NCBI GenBank assembly: GCA_037444405.1
Contig: JBBIML010000009.1
Location: 96,001-160,000 of the forward strand
DNA: 64,000 bases
Direction of reading: 5' to 3'
From: Armatimonadota bacterium
GTDB lineage: Bacteria; Armatimonadota; Fimbriimonadia; Fimbriimonadales; GBS-DC
The notes under the pieces are model-generated. The model was not told the DNA's origin. It worked only from the letters and a program-made list of their open reading frames with translations, and searched no databases. Made by a program: the position numbers and the translations under genes. This document shows positions 27,439-37,565 of the stretch, one piece after another; the stretch's first letter is position 1, and every line of letters begins with the position of its first letter.

Positions 27439-28808
27439 CGCACGCCACCTCCAGTGGGCACATAGCCGCGCAGCAATCGGGGCACGAACAGCGTCGACAC
27501 GCGCCCCTCCTGATATTCGGGCGTCTGAATGAGGCGCAGCAGGAAATCGCGCGTGGTCTGCACGCCCGCGATGCGCACCTCGTGCAGCGCGCGCGTCAGC
27601 CGCGCCACCGCCTCCGCGCGCGTGGGCGCATGCACAATAATCTTCGCCAGCAAGGGGTCATAGTAGGGCGGGACGCTGTAGCCCGTGTACAGGTGGCTGT
27701 CGACGCGCACACCGGGACCGCCCGGCGGCGTCCATTCACTCAGTCGCCCGGTGGAGGGCGTGAAGTCGTGTTCGGGGATTTCGGCGGTCAGGCGCGCCTC
27801 GATCGCGTGCCCGTTCAGCGGTATCTCGCTCTGCTTGAAGGGCAGCTGCTCGCCCGCCGCGATGCGAATCTGCCACTGCACAATATCGATGCCCGTTATC
27901 TGCTCCGTCACGGGGTGCTCCACCTGCAGGCGCGTGTTCATCTCAATAAAGTAGAAGTTGCCCTCCTGATCCATCAGGAACTCGACGGTGCCGGCGTTCT
28001 GATAGCCGACGGCGCGGGCGACCCTGATCGCGGCTTCGCCCAGCGCGCGGCGGGTGCGGGCGTCCACATGGGGCGCGGGCGCCTCCTCCACCATCTTCTG
28101 GTGGCGTGGCGTCTGCAGGGAGCATTCGCGTTCGTACAGATAGAGCGTGTTGCCGTGCGAATCGGCTAACACCTGCACCTCGATATGGCGCGGTTCGGGA
28201 ATATATTTTTCCAGATAGACATCGGGCGAGCCGAAGGCGGCTTGCGCTTCGGACTGAGCGATCCGCAGCGCGGGCAGGAGTTCCTCTTCGGTGTTGACCC
28301 GTCGGATGCCGCGTCCGCCGCCACCCGCCGCCGCTTTGATGAGCAGCGGGAAGCCGATCTGGGCAGCGGCGCGGAGCGCCTCCTCTTCCGAGCGGATGGC
28401 ATCGGGCGTGCCCGGCAGCACGGGCACATTCGCCTGCTGCGCGATCTTGCGGGCTAACGCCTTGTCGCCCATCTGCGCAATCGCCGTATGGGGCGGACCG
28501 ATGAAGCGGATGCCTTGCGCCTCGCACGCCTCCGCAAAACTGCTGCGCTCCGACAGGTAGCCGTAGCCCGGATGGATTGCCTCCGCGCCCGTGATAATCG
28601 CCGCCATCAGGATGTTCGGGATATTCAGGTAGCTTTCGCTGCTGGGCGGCGCGCCGATGCAGACGGCTTCATCCGCCAGCTGCACATGCAGGGCGTCGCG
28701 GTCGGCTTCCGAATAGACCGCGACGGTGCGGATGCCCAGCTCGCGGCAGGCGCGAATGACGCGCACCGCGATCTCGCCCCGATTCGCTATCAATATCTTG
28801 CTGAACAT
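27435..28808 (-). CDS. accC: Acetyl-CoA carboxylase biotin carboxylase subunit
   Basis: KILIANRGEIA, HPGYG, GGGGRG, EMNTRLQVEHPVTE, PPYYD. Confidence 0.96.
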   Translation of the reverse strand: MFSKILIANRGEIAVRVIRACRELGIRTVAVYSEADRDALHVQLADEAVCIGAPPSSESYLNIPNILMAAIITGAEAIHPGYGYLSERSSFAEACEAQGIRFIGPPHTAIAQMGDKALARKIAQQANVPVLPGTPDAIRSEEEALRAAAQIGFPLLIKAAAGGGGRGIRRVNTEEELLPALRIAQSEAQAAFGSPDVYLEKYIPEPRHIEVQVLADSHGNTLYLYERECSLQTPRHQKMVEEAPAPHVDARTRRALGEAAIRVARAVGYQNAGTVEFLMDQEGNFYFIEMNTRLQVEHPVTEQITGIDIVQWQIRIAAGEQLPFKQSEIPLNGHAIEARLTAEIPEHDFTPSTGRLSEWTPPGGPGVRVDSHLYTGYSVPPYYDPLLAKIIVHAPTRAEAVARLTRALHEVRIAGVQTTRDFLLRLIQTPEYQEGRVSTLFVPRLLRGYVPTGGGVR

Positions 28809-28846
28809 CGCCTGGCTCTACAGGCGAATGATACCCGCTTTTAAAA

Positions 28847-28889
28847 CCCTCTCCCCCCGCCAGCGGGGGAGAGGGTACGGGTGAGGGGC
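28847..28889. repeat. CCCTCTCCC-type REP-like palindrome
   Basis: CCCTCTCCCCCCGCCAGCGGGGGAGAGGGTACGGGTGAGGGGC. Confidence 0.85.
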
Positions 28890-28935
28890 TTCACACAGGT
28901 GAAAGCCGTACCGACTTTGAACCTGGCGCTGACAA

Positions 28936-29190
28936 CTAATCGATGGGGTACCGCTTCTTCACATCGGCAATCACCGCCTCGATGAACTCTTCGGTGGTGA
29001 ACTTCGCCGTCGACCAGGAGAGCTTCTGCGTCGGCCAGACCACATTTTCGAACTGGTCCCCCGACCACTTCGGGGCGACCAGCTGCGCCACGATGTAGTT
29101 GGAGTTCAGCGCGTACTTGCAAATGCGCCTGCAGAACGGGTCGACGCCCTCTTGAAGCCGCTTTTTCACAGGTTTGCAAGAAGGAGCCAC
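28936..29190 (-). CDS. Small hypothetical protein or 3' remnant of a gene
   Basis: 84-aa ORF with a protein-like C-terminal half and a weak start. Confidence 0.35.
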   Translation of the reverse strand: MAPSCKPVKKRLQEGVDPFCRRICKYALNSNYIVAQLVAPKWSGDQFENVVWPTQKLSWSTAKFTTEEFIEAVIADVKKRYPID

Positions 29191-29193
29191 ACA

Positions 29194-29547
29194 TCAATAA
29201 CTCATATGCCCTGGTGTGGTGCATTTGACGGCGCCGGTGCTGGGGTCGTATTGATAGGGCTGACCCGATACGGGGCATTTGAGCATGCTGTCGGGCAGTC
29301 CGAGTTCGTTGAGGGAGGCGGGCAGGCTCTCATCGGAACCCTGACGCATCTGGATGGCGGCTCGAATCTGGCTGAGGTTGTTGCGGCACTCCACGCTGTG
29401 CGCCGCCTGCTTCGTTTCGCTAACACGGCTCACGGGCGGTGCGCCGGGCGCATTCCCCGCACGCCCCCCCGTGCCGTAATAGAGCCACACCATCAGCAAA
29501 ATCCCCAGAATGGCAACCGCTGCCAGCACACCGACCAGTCGCATCAT
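29194..29547 (-). CDS. Small pilin-like membrane-anchored protein
   Basis: N-terminal TM helix; CRNNLSQI, LKCPVSGQPYQY, VKCTTPGH. Confidence 0.7.
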   Translation of the reverse strand: MMRLVGVLAAVAILGILLMVWLYYGTGGRAGNAPGAPPVSRVSETKQAAHSVECRNNLSQIRAAIQMRQGSDESLPASLNELGLPDSMLKCPVSGQPYQYDPSTGAVKCTTPGHMSY

Positions 29548-31082
29548 CAGCCTCCTGCCGCCTCGCTGAGCGGTTGACCCTCCACGGGCGGAAGCAGAGG
29601 TGACGGCAGGGCAACATACGCGCTCAAGCCGTGGATACCGCCCTCGCGCCCGAAGCCGCTTTCCTTGTAGCCACCGAACGGGCTGGCAGGGTCAAACTTG
29701 TTGTAGGTGTTGCACCAGACGACGCCCGCTTTGACGCGCGAGGCGAACGCCAGATATTTGCTGCCCTTGTTCGTCCACACGCCAGCCGACAGCCCGTAGC
29801 GCGTGTTGTTGGCAATTTCGGCTGCCTCTTCGGGCGTGCGGAAGGTCAATATTGCCAGCACGGGACCGAAAATCTCCTCGCGGGCGATTGTGTGCGCCAT
29901 GCTCACACGGGTGAAGAAGGTGGGGCGGAACCAGTAGCCGCGTTCGGGCAGGGGGCAGCTGCTCTGGTGAATCTCCGCGCCCTCCTGAATGCCCACCTGC
30001 ACCAGATGCTCGATTTTGCGCAGTTGCGCCAGCGAGTTGATGGCACCCACATCGGTGTTCTTATCCAGCGGGTCGCCCACGCGCAGCAGCTCGATGCGCC
30101 GCCTGAGCTTGCGCACCACCACCTCGAAGATGCTCTCCTCCACCAGCAGGCGACTGCCCGCACAGCACACATGACCCTGATTGAAGTAGATGCCGTTCAC
30201 GATGCCTTCAATCGCCTGGTCGATGGCGGCGTCTTCGAAGATGACATTGGCGGCTTTGCCGCCCAGCTCCAGCGTGAGCCGTTTGCGCGTGCCGGCGACC
30301 GCTTTCTGAATCTTTTTGCCGACTTCGGTGCTGCCCGTGAAGGCGATTTTATCCAGATCGGGGTGTTGCACGAGCCATGCGCCCGTTTGACCGTCGCCCG
30401 TGACGATGTTGACCACGCCAGGCGGCAGCTCGGCTTGCTGGAACACCTCGCAGAGCAGGAGCGCAGTGAGCGGGGTGGTTTCGGCGGGCTTCAGCACGAC
30501 GGTGTTGCCGCAGGCGAGCGCAGGTGCAATCTTCCACGCCGCCATCAGCAGCGGGAAGTTCCACGGGATAATCTGCCCCGCGACGCCCAACGGGCGCGGC
30601 TTGCGACCCTGAAAGGCATATTCGAGCTTGTCTGCCCAGCCGGCGTGATAGAAGAAGTGCGCCGACGCCAGCGGGATGTCCACATCGCGCGATTCGCGTA
30701 TCGGCTTGCCCCCGTCCAGGCTCTCCAGCACGGCGAACTCGCGCGAGCGCTCCTGCAGAATGCGCGCGATGCGAAACAGATACTTCGCCCGCTCCTTGCC
30801 AGGCAGCTTGCTCCAGATTTTTTCATAAGCTTCGCGGGCGGCGCGCACCGCGCGGTCTATATCCTCGGGTCCCGCGTAGGCGACCTCCGCCAGCACCTCT
30901 TCGGTAGCGGGGTTGATGGTCTGGAAATATTGCCCGCTTTTCGGCTCCACGAACTCGCCGTTGATGAACAGCCCGTAGCGCGGCTTGATTTTGACGATGT
31001 TGCGGGCTTCAGGTGCCGGTGAGTAGTCCCAGCGCTGCCCGTCGCGTCGCGCCGCCCCGTTCGTTCGCTCCCGATTCGCCAT
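29547..31082 (-). CDS. Aldehyde dehydrogenase family protein
   Basis: IIPWNFP, KPAETTP, FTGSTEVG, LELGGK, NQGHVCCAGSR, EEIFGP, PFGGYKESG. Confidence 0.96.
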   Translation of the reverse strand: MANRERTNGAARRDGQRWDYSPAPEARNIVKIKPRYGLFINGEFVEPKSGQYFQTINPATEEVLAEVAYAGPEDIDRAVRAAREAYEKIWSKLPGKERAKYLFRIARILQERSREFAVLESLDGGKPIRESRDVDIPLASAHFFYHAGWADKLEYAFQGRKPRPLGVAGQIIPWNFPLLMAAWKIAPALACGNTVVLKPAETTPLTALLLCEVFQQAELPPGVVNIVTGDGQTGAWLVQHPDLDKIAFTGSTEVGKKIQKAVAGTRKRLTLELGGKAANVIFEDAAIDQAIEGIVNGIYFNQGHVCCAGSRLLVEESIFEVVVRKLRRRIELLRVGDPLDKNTDVGAINSLAQLRKIEHLVQVGIQEGAEIHQSSCPLPERGYWFRPTFFTRVSMAHTIAREEIFGPVLAILTFRTPEEAAEIANNTRYGLSAGVWTNKGSKYLAFASRVKAGVVWCNTYNKFDPASPFGGYKESGFGREGGIHGLSAYVALPSPLLPPVEGQPLSEAAGG

Positions 31083-31087
31083 AGGGT

Positions 31088-31483
31088 TCACTCCTTCTTC
31101 GTGATTTTACCCCCTTCGCGGCTGCTGGCGTCGATCTCGTTGCGGAAGGTGGCGCGTCCGACACGCCGCTCCTTGTAATAGCGCCCGACCACGACCACCG
31201 CGTCGCCATCCCTGAGCTTGAGGTGCCCATAGGAGAAGACGGTCAGCTTCTGCCCATCCTGCTCCAGTTTGAAGGTGGTGTAGGTGTTGCCCGCGCGGGA
31301 GGTTTTCTCCTTATAGTCGCTGATTTTGCCCTCCACCTGCACCAGCTTCTTGTGGAACTTGTCGGGGTCTTTCTGGATGGCGGCGATGGTGGTGCGGATG
31401 GGCTGCTCCTCTGGTTTCTTCTGTGCCAAGATGGGCATCCCGATCAGGATGCCGAGTGCGCATGCTATCCAGTAAGCTCGCAT
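31088..31483 (-). CDS. Small secreted OB-fold protein
   Basis: Signal peptide; V.VEGKI, YTTFKL, LRDGDAVVVVG, NEIDA. Confidence 0.75.
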   Translation of the reverse strand: MRAYWIACALGILIGMPILAQKKPEEQPIRTTIAAIQKDPDKFHKKLVQVEGKISDYKEKTSRAGNTYTTFKLEQDGQKLTVFSYGHLKLRDGDAVVVVGRYYKERRVGRATFRNEIDASSREGGKITKKE

Positions 31484-31509
31484 CGTTGTTAACCCTCCTC
31501 ACGGGGGCG

Positions 31510-31536
31510 ATTCGTCGCCAAGACGGCGATTCCTGC
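31510..31536 (-). promoter_or_regulatory. SigH-like promoter (GCAGGA-N17-GAAT)
   Basis: Exact motif upstream of the OB-fold/ALDH unit. Confidence 0.55.
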
Positions 31537-31583
31537 TGTTCAGGGTCTTATTTTCCCGAACGCCAAAATCTGCTTCGCGATTT

Positions 31584-31850
31584 CTATCCGGGAACGACCG
31601 TGAACGACTCGCGCCCATGCACTTTATAGATATAAAATTTGTCCATTATTACCTGCTCAACCACGGTCTCAACATCCGTTGCCTGAAGAGCGTCAGGGAT
31701 GTGGACCGAGCCGACCCAGTTGCCCAGAAACTCCAGCAGGTTCTGTGCTGGCTCCATGCTGTCCAGCACATAGAGCCTGACCCGTTTGCCCGACAGATCA
31801 GGGTGCTGCTCAATGATTTCCTGCAGAGTGCCTTCGATAATTTCAGGCAT
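31584..31850 (-). CDS. Small hypothetical protein, antitoxin-like
   Basis: RBS AGGAG; IEGT...GKRVRLYVL N-terminus and LGNWVGSV segment resemble small type II antitoxins. Confidence 0.55.
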   Translation of the reverse strand: MPEIIEGTLQEIIEQHPDLSGKRVRLYVLDSMEPAQNLLEFLGNWVGSVHIPDALQATDVETVVEQVIMDKFYIYKVHGRESFTVVPG

Positions 31851-31925
31851 TTCGTATTCTCCTGTGAGATTATGCCATGAGTGCGGGACTGGAACCCTCC
31901 CAGCGAAAGCAGTCCGCCTGTCAAG

Positions 31926-34900
31926 TTAGCGGAAGAGCAGGCTGCCTTCGATGAAGAGGAAGTTGCGCTGGGCGTTATCGAAGCCCCAGCCGAGTTTGAG
32001 TCGTTGCAGGAAGCGGTTGCGGAAGGGCAGCCGATAGAAGAGGCGCACCTCATATTGCGGGTTGGCGAGCGTCAGGCTGCGCCGATAGCTGATGCCGAAG
32101 CCGTTGAACAGCTCTTTGACCAGATAGAGGGTGGCGGGCGCGACGCCCGTGTAGTCCAGCGCGAACTGTTCCAGCCCCAGCGCTTCGGCGACCTCTGTCT
32201 CGAACGGGTAGAACAGACCGGGCAGCACCTGCCCGGTGAGCATCTCACTGAGTTGCTGGCGGAAGATTTGAGCGGGATCGCCCCCGCGCGCGAGCGATTC
32301 GAGCGCGGCGCCGCGCCCCAGCAGGCTCAAAATGCGCTGTTCCGAAAGACCCGGCGGGTCGGAACGCGCCACCATCTGGAACCGTTCCGGATCGTCCAGC
32401 GGTCCGCGGATGTCCAGCTCCACGCGGTAGCGTTGCGGGTCGCCCGTATAGTCCAGTGCGACGACGGTGGTGGTCGCTCGCACATCCAGATCGAGGCGGG
32501 CAATCGCTTCGCCAAGAGGCGCGGTGTGCGGATAGGTCAGCATGATGACGCCTTCAGGTTCGAGGCGCAGGCGGGCGGTGGGCAGCTTGAGCGAGCCGCC
32601 CAGCAGGCTGAAGGCGCCGCTCGCGCGCGGCTCGCGCACCGTGCCCGCTATCTGCAGGGAACCCTCCATGCGCGCGTCCAGGTTCGGGTTGCGCAGGGTG
32701 AAGCTGCGCGCGATCGCGACTTGCACATCCAGGTCAGGGTTCAGCGGTGGTGCGAAGCCGCCAGGCGCGACCTGCAGCTCGGCAGGCAGGCTCAAGAAGC
32801 CGTCCCGCACCTGCAGGCGTGCAGCGAGCTGCGGCTGTTTGAGTGTGCCCCGTAGCGTCGCGCTGCCGTCGATTCGCCCGAACGCGCTGCCGCCGATGGG
32901 TAGGCGCGGCTCGTTGATGGTGAAGCCGTTCAGCGTGCCCGTCAATGCCAATCTTGGCTCCTCCCGCGCCACATCGACCTCGCCTTCGAGCTGAACCGTC
33001 CCGCCAGCGGAGGAGCGCGCCTGCGCCTGCACAATCCGCGCCCGCTGACCATCAAACTCCACCTGCAGACCCAGCTCCTGAAGGTAGGTGCTGTACGATT
33101 CGAGGGCGAGGCTGCCGCCCGTGACGCTCAGCTCCCCGCGCGGTTGAAGCGTGTCCAGCGTGCCGCCAATCTCCAGACGCGCGTTCAGCACGCCCTGCGT
33201 GCGCTCGGCGTCCACAGGCAGCGTTAGTTCCAGAATGCGCAACGGCTGCTCGTTCAGCGCGAGCTGAACCGAGAGCGGCTCGTCGCGCGGGATGCGCACC
33301 GGCGACCAGTGGAACGGCAGCCGCCCCGATAGCCGCGCCCGATAGCTCCGTATCTGGATCAGCGCGTCATCGGTTTCAATCGCGCCCTCGCGCACATCGA
33401 TTCGGCTGAACAGCAGCTGATCGATGGTCAGCTCGGGTGGAGCGGGCTGATCTGGCTCGCCCGACGGCTCTGCTGCAGGCGCGGGCAGGGGGATGGTCAG
33501 GTTCTGCACCGTTGCGCTGAGGGTCAGATTCGGCTGGTCGGGGTCGCCAGTCGCCTGTGCGGTGAGGTCGAGGTTGCCCCTGATGGCGGGCAGGCTCGGC
33601 TCCCACAGGCGCGCCCATTCCAGCGGGAACTGAGTGAGCTCCATCTCGGCGTTCAGCGCGTCTTCACGCAGGGTGCCCTGCGCTTTGAGTCGTGCCGATT
33701 CCGCTTGCCAGCTCACCTGCAGGCTCAGCTGCTCCGGGTTCCATTCGCCCTGCGCCTGTAGTTCACCCAGCGCCTGCCCGTTCCAGGCTAACTGCACGGC
33801 ACGCCCATCAAAGGCGAGCTGGGGCTGTTCCGTCGAGCCAGCGAGCTGCCAGCGCACGCTGAGCCGCCCATCGAGCGTGTCGGCGCGTTCCACAAGTTCG
33901 GGTGGCAGTTCCACTGGCAGCGCGAGCGCGAGCCGATAGAGATATGGGAGCGGGATCGCATCGAGCGTGCCCTGCGCGGCGAGCGCCTTATCGCCTGTTT
34001 GGTAGCGCAGGCTCTCTATCTGAACGCTGCCGTCGGGCGCATCGAGCGTCGCCTGCAGGCTCAGCGTGCCGTCGGTGCGCCCGCCTTCAGGGCTGGGCGT
34101 CCAGCGGGCGGTGCCAGTGGCGTTGCCGAGCGCGACCCTGTTCAGCATGAGGTCGCTCAGCTGATAGCGCATGTCGGCTTGCGGCGCGTCGAGCGTGCCC
34201 TGCACTTGACCGGAGGCGTTCAGCACGCCCTGCAGCCGATAATCGGGCGGCAGATAGGGCGCAAACACGGACAGCGGCACCGCCTGCGCACTCCAGTCGG
34301 CATCCACACGCGTGCTCTTTGAATCGGCTATCAGCTGCACCTGTCCCGACACGATACCACCCTGCAGTTGAACCTGCGCTGTGTCCAGTCGCACGATGGT
34401 CTGATCGGCGTCGCGCTCGATGCGGAACTGCGCTGCGGCGCGATCGGTGGCAATCTGGTCGATCTGGGTTCGCTCCGCGTTCAGGTCGCCCGTGAGCGTG
34501 AACTTTTCGGGCGTGCCGTCGAGCGCGAAGGAGAGGTTCGCCAGCCCGCCGATACGGATGGGCGTCTCACCCCACTCGGTGAGCGCGGTTAGGTCAAAAT
34601 CGGTGAGGCGCCCCTGCGCGTGGAACCGAACGGCACCCCGCTCCCCTGCGGGGGGCAGCTCGATATCGCCGCTTGCCTGCGCGACGGCGGTGCGCCGATA
34701 AATCACAATCTCTGGCAGCCTGATGCGGCGCTCGCGGAAGGTGAATCGGGACGCGATCAGCTCCATGCCGATGTCGCCCAGTCGCCCGTCGAACACGGTC
34801 GCCTGCGCCTCCAGCACAGGCTGGCTCAGCGTGCCGTTGAGCGTGCCGCGCAGATAGGCGATGCCGTCCAGCCGAAGCACCCTGCGCGGTTGCGAGCTGT

Positions 34901-36650
34901 CCGAAGGCTCCCAGTAGCCCAGCACGCCCTCCTGGTAGCCGAACAGGCTGGCGAGTCGGTTCAAATCCAGCTCGTCCACCGCAAGGCGCAGGTTCAGGCG
35001 TGTCTGATCAGGGCGCGGAAGGCGGCTCCCATGCCATTCCAGCCTCCCCGCCGCCTGCACCGAGCCTATCGCGCCCTGCAACAGCGCAACAGGAATCTCG
35101 ATGCGGTTGCTCTCATAGTGCAGGCGGGCACGCAATCCACCCAGCCGAACGCCGTTCTGCTGGAGCGTATCGCTGAAAATGTTGGCGACCAGACGCGGCT
35201 TCGGCAGCGTGCCCTCGCCCAGCAGTTGCAGCGTGGCAACGCCACCGAGCTTCTGCCGATTCAGCGCGGGTATCTGCTGGAGCTGGACATCGCGGGCGGT
35301 CGCGGTCAGCATAAAGCGGACCGGGCGCATGGTGAGGTCGACCAGCGCGTTCGCGTGCAGCCGTCCACCTGCGAAGCTCGCCGTGCCATCCGCAAGGCGC
35401 AGTTGCCCGCCTGACAGCAGCAGCGGCACGCGCACCGCCTGCAGAGTTCCTTCGGGCGTCTGCAGGCTCGCCAGCTCAGCGAGGGCGACGGCGTTCGTGT
35501 TAATCAGCAGGTCAAGCCATGCAGGGACGCGAGAGCCGCGCCCCTGCCGAATGACTTTGCGCGGTTGCCAGCGCCCCGATGCCTGTATCTGCAGCGCATA
35601 CCGCCCCGCCATGCGAAGGCTCTGTGTGAGTTGCTCGCGCCCTTCAGCGGGCAGGTATTGCCCCAGCAGCCGGGCGTCGTCACCCTGCGCCGTCAGCATC
35701 AGCCTGTAGCGCCACGCCTGCGCGAGCCGTTCCAGCACGCCCGACGCCATCAGCCGACGGTCAGGGCTGTGCAGGTGCGCGTCCAGCGCCGATTCGGTGA
35801 ACTGCGCTGAAAACTGCAGCTGATGCCACGGCAGCGCGTGCCCTTCATAGCGCACGCCCTGCAGGTGTCCCTGCGCCATGCCCATCACGCGCAACGGCTG
35901 GCGCGGCGCATAGAGCAGGCTCGCCTGCACGCGCGCCTCGCCCGATTGCATCTGGATGGATGTCCCCGACAGATAGGGCCGCAGGAACGACCAGAGCAGG
36001 CGGTCCGTGCTTATGTCCAGCCGCCATCGCTCGCCGTCGGAGAGCGCGTGCAGTTGCCATCGTCCGACGCCGAACGCCTCGCCCGCCGCGTGAACCGCCA
36101 CCGAACCGCCCGGCTGACGCAGATGCACCTGTTGAAGGCGGAAATCGGTCGCCACGCGCGGGCGCACGAACGCATCGCGCAACTCCACCACGCCGCCTGT
36201 GCTAACGAGCTCAATCGGAATCTGGGCCGTGGGTCGACGGGGCGCACCGCGCAGCAACGCCCCCACATTCCAGCGCCCCTGCGCGTCGCGCAAGAGTTGC
36301 ACGCGCGGACGCTCCAGATGCACGCGCAGACCGCTCTGAACGGGGGATAGGGGGGATGTCGGACGCAACTCCAGATAGCGAGCCTGACCGATGGGAGTGC
36401 CGTCAGGAAGGCTGACAGCGAGATTCCACGCCTGCACGCGCCTCCAGCCGAGTCGCACACGCTCAATCTGAACATCCAGCTCGGCTTGCTCGCGCAGATA
36501 GTCACGCAGAGCGGCAGGCAACAGCCCTTCAGCGGTCAGACGCACCCGCACCCAGTAGAACCCGCCCACCAGCAACAGCAGGCACGCGGGTAGCAGCACC
36601 AGCGTGCCCTGAATCAGTCGCCACACCGAAAACCTAACTCTCCACCGCAC
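31926..36650 (-). CDS. AsmA/TamB-family bridge-like envelope protein
   Basis: 1574 aa; N-terminal TM anchor; repeated beta-taco motifs (L.GTL..P); C-terminal GPLDDP...SDPP.LSE..ILSLL. Confidence 0.85.
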   Translation of the reverse strand: MRWRVRFSVWRLIQGTLVLLPACLLLLVGGFYWVRVRLTAEGLLPAALRDYLREQAELDVQIERVRLGWRRVQAWNLAVSLPDGTPIGQARYLELRPTSPLSPVQSGLRVHLERPRVQLLRDAQGRWNVGALLRGAPRRPTAQIPIELVSTGGVVELRDAFVRPRVATDFRLQQVHLRQPGGSVAVHAAGEAFGVGRWQLHALSDGERWRLDISTDRLLWSFLRPYLSGTSIQMQSGEARVQASLLYAPRQPLRVMGMAQGHLQGVRYEGHALPWHQLQFSAQFTESALDAHLHSPDRRLMASGVLERLAQAWRYRLMLTAQGDDARLLGQYLPAEGREQLTQSLRMAGRYALQIQASGRWQPRKVIRQGRGSRVPAWLDLLINTNAVALAELASLQTPEGTLQAVRVPLLLSGGQLRLADGTASFAGGRLHANALVDLTMRPVRFMLTATARDVQLQQIPALNRQKLGGVATLQLLGEGTLPKPRLVANIFSDTLQQNGVRLGGLRARLHYESNRIEIPVALLQGAIGSVQAAGRLEWHGSRLPRPDQTRLNLRLAVDELDLNRLASLFGYQEGVLGYWEPSDSSQPRRVLRLDGIAYLRGTLNGTLSQPVLEAQATVFDGRLGDIGMELIASRFTFRERRIRLPEIVIYRRTAVAQASGDIELPPAGERGAVRFHAQGRLTDFDLTALTEWGETPIRIGGLANLSFALDGTPEKFTLTGDLNAERTQIDQIATDRAAAQFRIERDADQTIVRLDTAQVQLQGGIVSGQVQLIADSKSTRVDADWSAQAVPLSVFAPYLPPDYRLQGVLNASGQVQGTLDAPQADMRYQLSDLMLNRVALGNATGTARWTPSPEGGRTDGTLSLQATLDAPDGSVQIESLRYQTGDKALAAQGTLDAIPLPYLYRLALALPVELPPELVERADTLDGRLSVRWQLAGSTEQPQLAFDGRAVQLAWNGQALGELQAQGEWNPEQLSLQVSWQAESARLKAQGTLREDALNAEMELTQFPLEWARLWEPSLPAIRGNLDLTAQATGDPDQPNLTLSATVQNLTIPLPAPAAEPSGEPDQPAPPELTIDQLLFSRIDVREGAIETDDALIQIRSYRARLSGRLPFHWSPVRIPRDEPLSVQLALNEQPLRILELTLPVDAERTQGVLNARLEIGGTLDTLQPRGELSVTGGSLALESYSTYLQELGLQVEFDGQRARIVQAQARSSAGGTVQLEGEVDVAREEPRLALTGTLNGFTINEPRLPIGGSAFGRIDGSATLRGTLKQPQLAARLQVRDGFLSLPAELQVAPGGFAPPLNPDLDVQVAIARSFTLRNPNLDARMEGSLQIAGTVREPRASGAFSLLGGSLKLPTARLRLEPEGVIMLTYPHTAPLGEAIARLDLDVRATTTVVALDYTGDPQRYRVELDIRGPLDDPERFQMVARSDPPGLSEQRILSLLGRGAALESLARGGDPAQIFRQQLSEMLTGQVLPGLFYPFETEVAEALGLEQFALDYTGVAPATLYLVKELFNGFGISYRRSLTLANPQYEVRLFYRLPFRNRFLQRLKLGWGFDNAQRNFLFIEGSLLFR

Positions 36651-37545
36651 CGACCTTCGCCAACCGTTCCGCCATCACACGCTTCGAGAACTCAATCGCG
36701 TTGTACGAACTGCGGATAAAGGGTCCCGACGCCACAAACAAAAAGCCCATCTGCTCGCCAATCTGTTGATACTCTTTGAACACATCGGGATGGATGTATT
36801 CCTGCACGGGCAGGTGGCGGGCGGTGGGGCGCAGGTACTGCCCGATGGTCAGCGCGTCCACGCCCACGCTCCGCAAATCGCGCATCACCTGAATGACTTC
36901 CTCCTGCGTTTCGCCCAGCCCCAGCATCAGCCCCGACTTGGTATAGATGGTCGGCTCCATCTCTTTGACCATCTCCAGCACGCGCAGGGAGCGCTCATAA
37001 CGCGCCTGTGGACGCACAATCGCGTGCAGGCGCGGCACCGTCTCCACATTATGATTGAAAATCTCGGGTTGGGCGTCCACCACGCGCCGTACGCACCACG
37101 CTTTGCCCTTGAAGTCGGGCGTCAGCACCTCCACGATGGCGTGCGGGATGGTCTCGTGCAGGGCGCGGATGGTGGCAGCGAACTGACCCGCGCCGCCATC
37201 AGGCAGATCGTCCCGCGCGACCGATGTCACCACGATATGTTTCAGCCCCATGCGGCGGGCTGCCTGCGCCAGGCGCATCGGCTCCTGCGGGTCCAGCTCC
37301 AGCGGGCGACCGGTCTTGATGGCGCAGAACCCGCACGAGCGCGTGCACACATCGCCCAGAATCATGAAAGTCGCCGAGCCTTTCGACCAGCATTCGGGCA
37401 GGTTCGGGCAGCGCGCACTCTCGCACACCGTGTGCAGGCGCGCGGCGCGCATCATCGCCTCCACCTGCTGAATCTTGTCGGGCTTCGGCAATCGGATGGT
37501 GAGCCACTCTGGCAGCCGCCGATTGGTCATCGTAATATCCGCCAT
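36634..37545 (-). CDS. lipA: Lipoyl synthase
   Basis: CESARCPNLPEC and CTRSCGFC motifs, NHNVETV, RSSY. Confidence 0.97.
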   Translation of the reverse strand: MADITMTNRRLPEWLTIRLPKPDKIQQVEAMMRAARLHTVCESARCPNLPECWSKGSATFMILGDVCTRSCGFCAIKTGRPLELDPQEPMRLAQAARRMGLKHIVVTSVARDDLPDGGAGQFAATIRALHETIPHAIVEVLTPDFKGKAWCVRRVVDAQPEIFNHNVETVPRLHAIVRPQARYERSLRVLEMVKEMEPTIYTKSGLMLGLGETQEEVIQVMRDLRSVGVDALTIGQYLRPTARHLPVQEYIHPDVFKEYQQIGEQMGFLFVASGPFIRSSYNAIEFSKRVMAERLAKVGAVES

Positions 37546-37565
37546 CGTTTGTCTCCCAATCGGGA

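Noticed and set aside
29631..31022. Long antisense ORFs (also 3906-5084, 36766-37752, 56280-57551, 60433-61485)
   Set aside because: Typical high-GC shadow ORFs opposite well-supported genes.
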